Shown: positions 1-8,118, numbered from the stretch's first letter. The stretch is 20,000 nt of DNA from an uncultured Actinomycetes bacterium (GCA_963824995.1 CAWGRK010000009.1:290281-310280), one strand, 5' to 3'. Notes: a model not told the origin generated them from the letters alone. Numbers and translations are program-made.

Positions 1-44
1 CGCGTCCCCTGACCGGCGGCCAGGATCACCGCTCGCACCGTCAC
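1..44 (-). CDS. glmU: 5' end of probable GlmU (UDP-GlcNAc pyrophosphorylase/acetyltransferase); runs off the window edge
   Basis: Manual translation from GTG at 44 gives MTVRAVILAAGQGTR, the nucleotidyltransferase LAAGxGTR motif. A GGAGG RBS lies just upstream, and the position after tRNA-Gln is the usual actinobacterial one. Confidence 0.8.
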   Translation of the reverse strand, partial: MTVRAVILAAGQGT

Positions 45-91
45 ATCGCCTCCAAATTTCGATTGTCGCTGCGGTGCTGCCACCGCTTTCG

Positions 92-163
92 CTGGGGGGA
101 CAGGACTCGAACCCATACCAACGGGACCAAAACCCGTTGTGCTGCCAATTACACCACCCCCCA
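92..163 (-). tRNA. tRNA-Gln (anticodon TTG), 72 nt, CCA not encoded
   Basis: The reverse complement folds as a cloverleaf: acceptor TGGGGGG/CCCCCCA plus discriminator G, D-arm GTGTAATTGGCAGCAC, anticodon stem ACGGG/CCCGT with loop TT-TTG-GT, T-loop GGTTCGAGTCC. Confidence 0.97.
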
Positions 164-223
164 CTCTCGGCGGTCGGTCGGGGCCGCCGGGGAGACCCGC
201 AAGTGTAGGGAGACTGTGATCGG

Positions 224-1108
224 TCACTCGGTGTCGGTCTCCTCGACCCGCTCGGCGCCCCGATGGTGTGGCTCCACTGCGATGGCGGCCCGCGCCGCGG
301 CCGGGACGACAGCGATGGCGTCCTGTGCCTCCTCCGGATCGCCAAAGAAGGCGAACAGCGATGGGCCGCTCCCCGACATAGCCACCTGCCGATCCCACAG
401 ACCTTCGAGGTCTGCGTGCCAATCGGCCAGATCGGCGGCGATCGAGCGCGCCGCCGGGTAGAGGTCGTTCTGCAACGGACCGTGGGAGCGAAGCGACGGT
501 GGCAGTTGCCTTCCGTCAATCTTGGGTCCCTCGGGACCACCCAGGCGGTCCCAGGCGGCATACACCGCCGGCGTAGATAGCTCGAAGGGGGGTACGGCCA
601 CGGCCAAGGCATACCCACCCGGCGCCGGGTCTACCGGGCTGAGGAGCTCGCCATAGCCCTCGCCGATGGCGGTGCCACCGAGCCGGGCGAAGGGGACATC
701 TGCGCCGAGACCCACGGCAATTTCGTCGATCGCGACTGCGACGATTCTCGTGCCGAGCAGGTGTCGGAGCCCCTCCAGTGCGGCTGCGGCGTCGGCGCTA
801 CCGCCGCCGAGACCGGCGGCCACAGGGATTCGCTTGATGAGATGCAGCTTCAACCGGGGCTTCCCCCCCGTATGCTCCCGAACGGCGGCGATGGCCCTCC
901 ATACCAGGTTCTGCGGTCCGTCGGCGAGGTCGGCACCGTCGATCGACAAGTCGTCCTCGTCATAGGGCGTGAGTTCGAGCCGGTCGAATAGGCCGACCGA
1001 CTGGAAGACGGTGAGGAGCGGATGTCGCCCGGAAGCGTCGCGCGGGCGGACCCGCAGCGACAGGTTCACCTTGGCGGGCGCCCGCACGGCCACCTGGTCT
1101 TCAGCCAC
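224..1108 (-). CDS. ispE: 4-diphosphocytidyl-2-C-methyl-D-erythritol kinase (GHMP kinase)
   Basis: Motifs APAKVNL, KRIPVAAGLGGGSADAAA, GADVPF and MSGSGPS; immediately downstream of rsmA. Confidence 0.95.
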   Translation of the reverse strand: MAEDQVAVRAPAKVNLSLRVRPRDASGRHPLLTVFQSVGLFDRLELTPYDEDDLSIDGADLADGPQNLVWRAIAAVREHTGGKPRLKLHLIKRIPVAAGLGGGSADAAAALEGLRHLLGTRIVAVAIDEIAVGLGADVPFARLGGTAIGEGYGELLSPVDPAPGGYALAVAVPPFELSTPAVYAAWDRLGGPEGPKIDGRQLPPSLRSHGPLQNDLYPAARSIAADLADWHADLEGLWDRQVAMSGSGPSLFAFFGDPEEAQDAIAVVPAAARAAIAVEPHHRGAERVEETDTE

Positions 1109-1917
1109 CGGTCACCTCGGCGAGCCGCAACCACCCGGTGGGGGCAACCTGCTCGGCGCGCGCCCGCGGGTCGATCCCGGCGGCCTCCAATTCGACTGAA
1201 GGGGTGTCGAGCACGCCGGCCAGGGATTGCCGGAGCATCTTGCGCCGCTGCCCAAAACCCGCTGCGGCCAGTCGGAGGGCGCCATCGGCGTTGGCGGGGA
1301 TCGGCAATCTGTCGAGCACGACGACCGCAGAGCCAACCCGGGGGGCGGGCAGGAAGACCTGCGGGGGCACGCGGCAGCGCGATCCGGGCGCTGGCGTGGA
1401 GCGCCACAACCACGCTGGGCAGGCCATAGGCGGACTCGCCCGGACCGGCCACCATCCGCTCGGCTACCTCGCGCTGCACCATTACCACAAAGCGCTCCAA
1501 AGCTGGAACCTCTCTCAATCCGTCGAGCACCAGGGTCGTCCCTACCTCATACGGGAGGTTGGAGACCATCACCCACCGCTCCCCACCGAGCACACCGTTG
1601 AGGTCAACCCGCATGACGTCCTCGAAGCGGACCTCGGCCCTGCGATCGTCACCGAGCACCTCCTCGATCAGCGGACGCAGCCTGGCATCCACCTCGTACC
1701 CGAGCAGGCGGTGCCCCGCAGCCACAAGCTCAGCGCTCAGTGTGGCCGTCCCCACCCCGATCTCGAGCACGGGGTCAGATGGGGGGCCAACCAGTTCGAC
1801 TATGCGGCGGGTGATGTTGGGGTCCACGAGGAAGTGCTGCCCCAACGACGTGTTCGGCCGGAGCCCATGTCGCTCAAGCAGCGCGGCTACCTGGCGCCGG
1901 GTCTGGGCCCCGGTCAC
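1101..1917 (-). CDS. rsmA: 16S rRNA m6(2)A1518/A1519 dimethyltransferase; apparent +1 frameshift near 1373
   Basis: The N-terminal frame has LGQHFL, VLEIGVG, SNLPY and MVQREVAER. The C-terminal frame (1101..1427) has RVPPQVFLPAPRVGS, FGQRRKML and RAEQ. Removing one base gives 271 aa. The GTG start overlaps the tatD stop (GTGA). Confidence 0.92.
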
Positions 1918-2666
1918 AGGAACACGCGGCCGGCATTGGACGAAGTGGATACGGCTACCTCCTCTGGAGTGCTCCCCCATACGCGAGCGAGGGCACTGCC
2001 GACCAGGACCACTCGCGCCGGTTCGTTGGGCTCGCCACGGTGGGGTGGCGGTGATAGATACGGGGTATCGGTTTCGACCATGGCGCGATCAGGAGGGACG
2101 AGCGCCGCCCCTCGGCGCACCGTGTCACCCGTCTCGAATGCCACCGGACCGGCGAAGGAGAACACGGTCGATGGGAGCTCGAGAAAGCGCCTGGTCCAGC
2201 GAGGACCCCCCGTCCAGCAGTGGAGCACCACGGGGCACGACGGATTCTCGGCGGCGAGGATCTGGTGAACGTCGTCGAAGGCGTCCCGGCAGTGGACGAC
2301 GACCGGCTTACCGAGCGAGTCGGCGATTTGCAGCTGCGCTCGGAAGGCCTCCACCTGAGCGTCACGCGGTGCGAGGTTGCGGTAGAAATCGAGCCCGGTC
2401 TCCCCCACGGCTGCAGCCCCTTCCGCCAGGCGCGCCAGTTGCTCTCCCTGCTCGGGCCAGAGCGTCGCATCATGGGGATGGAGGCCACTGGAGGCGAGCA
2501 CCCTCCCCGGAAAAGACGCAGCCAGATCGAGGGCCCTCTTGGAGCTCGACAGGTCCACGCCCGGCACCACTACCCAGCCCACCGCGCCCGCCCGGGCGAG
2601 CAGTTCGCCGGGGGGACGGGGGTCGAGCTGGAGGTGGCAGTGCGTATCCACCCAGGAATTGCCCAT
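1914..2666 (-). CDS. tatD: TatD family metal-dependent hydrolase/DNase
   Basis: Motifs DTHCHL, GLHPH, VGETGLD, VHCRDA, LHCW and ETDTPY; start placed at the ATG at 2666. Confidence 0.93.
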   Translation of the reverse strand: MGNSWVDTHCHLQLDPRPPGELLARAGAVGWVVVPGVDLSSSKRALDLAASFPGRVLASSGLHPHDATLWPEQGEQLARLAEGAAAVGETGLDFYRNLAPRDAQVEAFRAQLQIADSLGKPVVVHCRDAFDDVHQILAAENPSCPVVLHCWTGGPRWTRRFLELPSTVFSFAGPVAFETGDTVRRGAALVPPDRAMVETDTPYLSPPPHRGEPNEPARVVLVGSALARVWGSTPEEVAVSTSSNAGRVFL

Positions 2667-2722
2667 CGGGATGCCGAGGCTACCGACCCTGATGTAGAGG
2701 GGTAGGGTGACCAACGGACCTC

Positions 2723-2959
2723 ATGGACACCGGCATGGCTCGCAAGATCGACGACCTCGGGAGGATCGTCATACCCGCCGAGACCCGGCGGCTCTTCGGC
2801 ATCCGCGAGGGCGACCAACTCACCATCTCGGTTGAGAGCGATGCCATCGTGATCCGCAAGCTCGAGGCGGTCTGCACCTTCTGCGCCGCCACCGACACCG
2901 TGGTCCCCTTCCGTGGCAAGGGCATCTGCTCCGATTGCCGGTCCCGGCTCGTGGGCTAG
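2723..2959 (+). CDS. AbrB/MazE/SpoVT-family DNA-binding protein with C-terminal CxxC...CxxC motif
   Basis: TGMARKIDDLGRIVIPAETRR closely matches the AbrB swapped-hairpin N-terminus; C-terminal CTFC...ICSDC. Confidence 0.9.
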   Translation: MDTGMARKIDDLGRIVIPAETRRLFGIREGDQLTISVESDAIVIRKLEAVCTFCAATDTVVPFRGKGICSDCRSRLVG

Positions 2960-2966
2960 AGCCAGG

Positions 2967-2994
2967 CGGAAGACGGAAGTCGGAAGACGGCAGT
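2967..2994. repeat. Four tandem 7-bp units
   Basis: CGGAAGA CGGAAGT CGGAAGA CGGCAGT, read directly. Confidence 0.75.
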
Positions 2995-3046
2995 TCGCTG
3001 CTCCGTCCCCCCGCAGATCGTTGGTCAGAGAGCGCGCCGGTCGCCG

Positions 3047-3052
3047 TACCCT
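3047..3052 (+). promoter_or_regulatory. Putative -10 box (TACCCT) for leaderless rsmI
   Basis: TANNNT hexamer 6 nt before the ATG at 3059; no Shine-Dalgarno sequence. Confidence 0.6.
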
Positions 3053-3058
3053 TTCCTA

Positions 3059-3883
3059 ATGCCTGGAAGGTTGGTGTTGTGTGCTACCCCGATCGGGAAC
3101 CTGGGTGATATATCTCCTCGGTTGCTCGAGGTGTTGGCCGGAGCCGACGTCGTCTATGCCGAGGACACACGCCGGGCGGCCCGGCTACTCCAGCGCCACG
3201 CCATCGACCGTGCGACCCGCTCCTACTTCGTGGGCAACGAGGCTGAGCGCTCCGTCCAACTACGGAGCGAGCTTGCAAATGGGCTCACGGTGGCGCTGCT
3301 CACGGATGCCGGGACGCCCTCTGTTTCCGATCCCGGTTTGAGTGCCGTCAAGGCGGCCCTCGAAGCAGGAGCAACGGTGACGACCGTGGCAGGGCCAAGT
3401 GCGGTGACCGCCGCCCTGGCGGTCTCCGGTCTCCCCGCTGATCGTTTTGTGTTCGAGGGATTCCTCCCCCGCTCCGGGAGCGGTCGCACCGCAGTGCTCG
3501 AGGCTCTGGCTGCAGAGCGGCGCACCTCGGTCATCTTCTCCAGTCCGCGACGAATTGGGGGAGACCTCACCGACCTTGCCGCCAAGTTGGGGGGCAGGCG
3601 CCGCGTGGCGGTGGTCCGTGAGTTGACCAAGTTGCACGAGGAGGTGTGGCGGGGCACGCTCGATGAGGCGGCTTCTCGCTGGGCGGATGGCACGAAGGGA
3701 GAGGTCACCCTGGTCGTCGAGGGCGCCGCCGATCGGGTTCCCGATCTCGATGCGGCACTCGAGGAGGTCGGACAGCTGGTCGTTGACGGCGTGAGCCGGT
3801 CGGAGGCCGTGCGACGGGTGGCCGCAGCCCACGCCGTGCCCAGACGTCAGTTGTACGAGCGTGCTGTCCTTCCGGATGCCTAA
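3059..3883 (+). CDS. rsmI: 16S rRNA C1402 2'-O-methyltransferase
   Basis: Motifs ATPIGNLGDIS, AEDTR, DAGTPSVSDPG, FEGFLPR, RELTKLHEE and KGEVTLV. Confidence 0.95.
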   Translation: MPGRLVLCATPIGNLGDISPRLLEVLAGADVVYAEDTRRAARLLQRHAIDRATRSYFVGNEAERSVQLRSELANGLTVALLTDAGTPSVSDPGLSAVKAALEAGATVTTVAGPSAVTAALAVSGLPADRFVFEGFLPRSGSGRTAVLEALAAERRTSVIFSSPRRIGGDLTDLAAKLGGRRRVAVVRELTKLHEEVWRGTLDEAASRWADGTKGEVTLVVEGAADRVPDLDAALEEVGQLVVDGVSRSEAVRRVAAAHAVPRRQLYERAVLPDA

Positions 3884-3913
3884 GTCACGGAGAGGCGCAG
3901 CGACCAGTAGGTT

Positions 3914-4852
3914 CTAGCCGGCGGCCAGGGCCCCGCTGCTGAGGTGTGTCGAAGCGGGGTTCAGATCGTCGGCCAGGGGCAGCGGCAGTTCCTCGACTTG
4001 CGGTGGTGCTTCCAGTAGCCGCTCGGCCGCGGCCCTCCATTGCTCGGCCGGCCCATCGAACCGCGACGCCATCTCATCCAGCACCGGGCGGTAGCGGACC
4101 GCCAGATCCAAGGCGATGTCGGTCGGGATGGTGGTGACACCCGAGCTGTTCACAGGGTCCGGAAGTGATGAGACCAGACGGTCTGGATTGACGCCGAGGA
4201 AGGCGAGGACTGCCCGAACCAATTCGAGAGGCCGGGTGCGCGCCTCGTCAACGAAGCCGACGAAGATGCGCTCCTTGGGAAAGTGGTCCATCCATCGGTC
4301 CACGATCGCCGGGTAGTTACCCCGCTCGAGCGAATCCGCAGATGCAACGTGCGCCTTGGCCGTTTCCATGCTCACTGGCCGGTTGGTCTCGAGTTGGACC
4401 TGCGACCATGCTCGCCCGATCGGATCGCGAAGCATGATGATCACGCGGACATCCGGAAGCAGCGCGGCAGCCCGCTTGACCTCGAAGTCGGACAGAAGCG
4501 AATAGGCAGGGGTGATCTCGCCGGCTGCACGATTGCCGGAGCTCTGGAACAAGGCGAGATATCTGCTGTCGCTCGGGGAGAGGAACTCGTACGACATTTC
4601 GCGGCGAAGCCGAGCAAAGTCACGCCGCGCAACTGCCGAGCGGAACTCGCCACGGACCCGCTGACGCCAAAGAGCAGAGAGCCGCTCACCCGAGGTGACC
4701 CGATTCGTGAGGCTCGGTCCGCCCGACATCCAATCGAAGTAGTGAAGCTCTTTGGCAGGGGGTAGCCAAAGGTCGGGGTGCTGTCGCAGCGAGTGGTGCA
4801 ACCAGGTCGTCGCGGCACGTTGCGCGCCGATTCCGAGAAATGATGGATACAT
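3914..4852 (-). CDS. PAPS-dependent sulfotransferase family protein
   Basis: 5'-PSB loop GIGAQRAATTWL, KELHYFD, GEITPAY, and 3'-PB motif LRDPIGRAWS; GGAGG RBS upstream. Confidence 0.88.
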   Translation of the reverse strand: MYPSFLGIGAQRAATTWLHHSLRQHPDLWLPPAKELHYFDWMSGGPSLTNRVTSGERLSALWRQRVRGEFRSAVARRDFARLRREMSYEFLSPSDSRYLALFQSSGNRAAGEITPAYSLLSDFEVKRAAALLPDVRVIIMLRDPIGRAWSQVQLETNRPVSMETAKAHVASADSLERGNYPAIVDRWMDHFPKERIFVGFVDEARTRPLELVRAVLAFLGVNPDRLVSSLPDPVNSSGVTTIPTDIALDLAVRYRPVLDEMASRFDGPAEQWRAAAERLLEAPPQVEELPLPLADDLNPASTHLSSGALAAG

Positions 4853-5028
4853 GACCGCCCGTCCTCCGTGCGGTCCAGCCGCAAGGCGATGTTAGGGGCA
4901 ATCGAGCGAGGACAGCGCGGTGCGCGAAAACAGGTGATAGGTGGTTGGCCGCCCCAAGTGGTAGGTCGGTGGCTGTCCGCTGTGGTGGAAGCCATCCAGG
5001 GGGGACGACCGTGACGGGACCGGGTCAA

Positions 5029-5078
5029 GGGCACACACCACCCAACCCCTGCTCCCCGCCGGGGCGGGTGGTGTGCCC
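5029..5078. other. Intergenic stem-loop, possible + strand terminator or small RNA element
   Basis: GGGCACAC(AC)CACCC pairs with GGGTGGTGTGCCC, with an inner CCCC/GGGG pair; followed by GTTTCCGTT. Confidence 0.45.
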
Positions 5079-5098
5079 GTTTCCGTTACCCTGCGGTC

Positions 5099-5311
5099 AT
5101 GGAACGGCCCACGCCCTGGCTCCCGGTAGCCCTGATCATGTTCGGGCTGACGGCGGCGACGTTCTTCCTCGGCACCAGACCCGGGCAACAGGGCTGGATA
5201 GCCCTCACCTGGTTCGCCCTCAGCATCGCCGTCTTCTGCCTGGCCGCTTGGGCAGACGAGCGCTGGCCGGGGTCGAGCGCCGCATCGCCCGACGCCGTCG
5301 AGGGAAGCTGA
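5099..5311 (+). CDS. Small two-TM membrane protein, hypothetical
   Basis: 70 aa with two hydrophobic segments, GC-rich third codon positions, and a TACCCT -10 box (5087-5092) 6 nt before the ATG. Confidence 0.7.
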   Translation: MERPTPWLPVALIMFGLTAATFFLGTRPGQQGWIALTWFALSIAVFCLAAWADERWPGSSAASPDAVEGS

Positions 5312-5340
5312 CTCGAGGCACCAACCTCGGAGCCATTTGC

Positions 5341-6013
5341 TCAGGAGAGACCAGCCGCCGACGATCCGGGGGCCACCAGCCCGGATTCGTAGGCGAAGAC
5401 GATCGCTTGCGCCCGATCCCGAAGGCCGAGCTTGGAGAGGACTCGCTTGACGTGGGTCCGCACGGTCTCCTCCGAGATGAACAGGACCTCTGCCAGTTCG
5501 GCGTTCGAGGCACCGGTCGCCAACTCGATCAGCACCTCTCTCTCCCTATCGGTGAGTCTTGCCAGCGCGCTGGAAGAGTCCTTGGCGGTTGTCCGCCTGG
5601 CGAAAACCTCGATGAGGCGTCTGGTGACCGATGGGGATAGCAGGGCATCGCCGGACAGCGAGGGTACGGACCGCGGCGATCAGGTCATCTGGTGGGATGC
5701 GCTTGAGGAGGAATCCGGATGCTCCGGCGCGCAGCGCATCGAAGACATACTCGTCGTGCTCGAAGGTGGTCAGGATGGCGATCCGGCACCCGGGGATGGC
5801 CGCCGCAAGTTTCCGGGTTGCCTCGATGCCGTCGGTCCCGGGCATACGGACGTCCATCAACACCACATCCGGCCTCACCCTGCTCACCAGGCGTATCGCT
5901 TCGTCCCCGTCTGACGCCTCACCGATGACGTCGATGTCGGGAGCGGTCCCGAGGATCATCTTCACTCCGCTGCGGACCAGTTGATCGTCATCGACGACGA
6001 CTACCGAGATCAT
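5341..6013 (-). CDS. NarL/LuxR-family response regulator; apparent +1 frameshift near 5654
   Basis: Receiver domain VVVDDD...LMDVRMP...LTTF...FLLK in one frame; LuxR HTH SNAELAEVLFISEETVRTHVKRVLSKLGLRDRAQ in another. Corrected length 223 aa. ATGA overlap with the kinase stop. Confidence 0.9.
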
Positions 6014-7125
6014 CCGAGCGGCAAAGGGATCGTTGCGTCCACGGTCCATCCGCCGCTCGGACCCGGACCGGCGATCAACTCTCCCCCCAGTTCCTCCACC
6101 CTCTCCCTGATACCGGCCAAGCCCCGACCGCCATTGGTTGGCCCTCGACCGGGCCCAGAGTCGCTCACGACGACACGGAGCGTGTCGGCCGCATACCCGA
6201 TATGTACCTCTGCCGGAGCACCTCCGGCATGGCGGGCGACATTGGTGAGCGATTCCTGGATGATCCGGTAGACCGCCAAATCGGTAGCCCCGGAGAGTGA
6301 CCGCGGCTCCCCGTCGATCTCGACACTCACGGGTATCCCAGCATCGTTGAATCGCCCTGCCAGATCGTCGATGTCACCGACACCCGGGGCGGGGCGGCGA
6401 TCATCGACATCCCCATCGCGCGGTCTTTGCAGCCCGAGCACCCGGTCCAGCTCGCCGAGCGTCTCCCGACCCACTTCCTGCACCGTGTTGACGGCGGATG
6501 CCGCCCCCGCCGGGTCGGTGGCCATCAGCCGCTGCGCTGCCCCGGCATGGAGCAGCATCACCGTCACCGAATGGCCCACGATGTCGTGTACCTCGCGCAC
6601 TATGCGCGACCGCTCCTCGTCGGCGGCTGCAATCGCCGCGGCCTGGCGTCGCCGAACGTCCTCCTCCTCCTGCAAGGCCCGTGCCTCCACCCTCCTCCGC
6701 CGAGCCGCTTCTGCAGCGCCCCCCGCCCAGGCGAGCACCCAACTGGCAACCACGATGGCCGGGATGACCGGGTTCGGGTCCGGCGGGGCGATCAGCCAAT
6801 AGGCGACGGGCCCGGCAACGCTGAGGACCAGCCCAATGACTGCCCGCGATGGGTGCGCGTATGCACCGACCGAGTAGGTCTGAAGAAGGTTGGCGTACGG
6901 GTACATGCCGGCGGGGAACGCAAAAGCGACCATCGCAACCACGGAGGCACCACTCACCAGGTACGAGGTGAGCGGGTAGGTGCGTCTGAAGGCGAGGGCT
7001 CCCCCGATGATGGTGGAGAGCACTATGGAGACGGGGGTGCCGCCCTCGATCACAGCTTCGGCCACCAGGACGATGGTGACCAGCCCTGCGACGGCGATGT
7101 CCCAGAGGCGCGAACTCCTGCGCAT
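6010..7125 (-). CDS. Membrane sensor histidine kinase, HisKA_3 type
   Basis: About five N-terminal TM segments, H-box REVHDIVGH, N-box QESLTNVARHA, DSGPG and GRGLAGIRER. Start at ATG 7125, 7 nt after TACCTT. Confidence 0.92.
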   Translation of the reverse strand: MRRSSRLWDIAVAGLVTIVLVAEAVIEGGTPVSIVLSTIIGGALAFRRTYPLTSYLVSGASVVAMVAFAFPAGMYPYANLLQTYSVGAYAHPSRAVIGLVLSVAGPVAYWLIAPPDPNPVIPAIVVASWVLAWAGGAAEAARRRRVEARALQEEEDVRRRQAAAIAAADEERSRIVREVHDIVGHSVTVMLLHAGAAQRLMATDPAGAASAVNTVQEVGRETLGELDRVLGLQRPRDGDVDDRRPAPGVGDIDDLAGRFNDAGIPVSVEIDGEPRSLSGATDLAVYRIIQESLTNVARHAGGAPAEVHIGYAADTLRVVVSDSGPGRGPTNGGRGLAGIRERVEELGGELIAGPGPSGGWTVDATIPLPLG

Positions 7126-7141
7126 CCTGGTCAAGGTACCC

Positions 7142-8024
7142 CTAGGCGCGAGCCGGCTGGGGCAACCTCATTGCGCCGGCAAAAGAGACGATTCAGCGCG
7201 GCGGCCGATACGACCAGTGTTGCCAGCAGCAGCGGGGTTGGCTCCAACATCGAGCGGCCGGCGTATGCATGCGCCGTGATGGCCAAGGTCCCGACGACAT
7301 AAGCCACCGCAGCCACAGTCATCGTCCGAATTCGCTCCGCGCCCACGACCCCCCTCACCCCGAGGAGCAGCTCGAGCGCGATGAGTACCTGGAGCCCGTG
7401 GATCCCAGCGGCGTGAGCCAACTTTCCCGACCCTGCAGCGCCGACGAGCAATCCAGTCGGAACGGCTCCGGTGGCTTCCACAACCGCCATCCCGCGACTG
7501 ATGAGGTCGGTCCCGAGGGCCGACGCGAAGAGGAGTAGACCGAGACCAGTCGAAACCGCGATGAGCGCCGAGGGGCGGCCCCTGAGACGGAATCCGGCCC
7601 ACGCCGCCATCACCAGAAGGCCGAGGGTGAGCGTGCCGACCGAGACACCCATTGCGGTGAATACAGCGCCATCGAAGTCTGTAGCAACGTTGAAGTGTGA
7701 AGGAACACCACGCCATGTCTGCATCGTGATCAGCCCGAGTTCGATCACAGAAGCGCCCCCGATCAGAGCGGTAGTGGTCCAACCGAGAACCCTGCTGCGC
7801 CCCATCAGACCCTGAGCCCAGCCGATCGAGAGCGCGGTCACCCCCAGTGAGAAGGCGAAGTTGATCGGCTTGCGCCACGACACCGGACCCCACCACGCAC
7901 TCCCATCGAGGGCGAAAACCACCAGGTGGATTGCGGCCGACGCCAGCATTGCCACACCAAGGATGTACAGGACCCGCTGGTAGCCGTATCGGGGTCGGAC
8001 TTGTTCCCAGATCGCCGCCGTCAT
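7142..8024 (-). CDS. Multi-pass membrane protein of unknown function; probable +1 frameshift near 7192 (as written it ends at 7131)
   Basis: About eight hydrophobic segments; GAAGGAGG RBS before ATG 8024; polar motifs WRKP, WRGVPSHFN and HAAGIHGLQ. Confidence 0.8.
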
Positions 8025-8080
8025 CTCGATGCCTCCTTCGGGGTCGAAGGGCAACGTACGAATAGGCGCCGACGAAGTCG

Positions 8081-8118
8081 TCACCCTCGGTGGGTATCGA
8101 TGTCACCCTTGAGGGTGA
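8081..8118. promoter_or_regulatory. Putative NarL-type regulator binding sites upstream of the membrane protein gene
   Basis: Perfect 7-2-7 palindrome TCACCCT-TG-AGGGTGA (8103-8118), a second TCACCCT half-site 22 bp away (8081), and a minus-strand -10 TACGTT at 8053-8058. Confidence 0.6.

Noticed and set aside
71..86. Hairpin GCGGTG-CTGC-CACCGC after the tRNA as a terminator
   Set aside because: Only a 6-bp stem with no U-tract on the minus strand; glmU follows closely, so read-through or processing is as likely.
92..163. tRNA-Gln as an integration site for an island
   Set aside because: It is flanked by ispE and glmU, and I saw no integrase or duplicated tRNA 3' end in the window.
1370..1380. 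Programmed ribosomal frameshifting in rsmA or the other split genes
   Set aside because: No slippery heptamers or long homopolymers at the break points, and breaks scattered over unrelated genes fit sequencing error better.
1138..2692. Long + strand ORFs (376 and 377 aa) and similar antisense ORFs such as 15344..16657, 16732..18108, 8397..9548 and 11398..12549
   Set aside because: Shadow ORFs opposite well-supported genes in high-GC DNA, with no recognisable motifs.
2723..3883. AbrB/MazE-type toxin-antitoxin pair
   Set aside because: The downstream gene is rsmI; no PIN, MazF or Doc toxin ORF is present.
4945..5640. 231-aa + strand ORF with a G-rich RBS-like run before a GTG at 5011
   Set aside because: It overlaps the better-supported 70-aa gene and lies antisense to the response regulator, with no family features.
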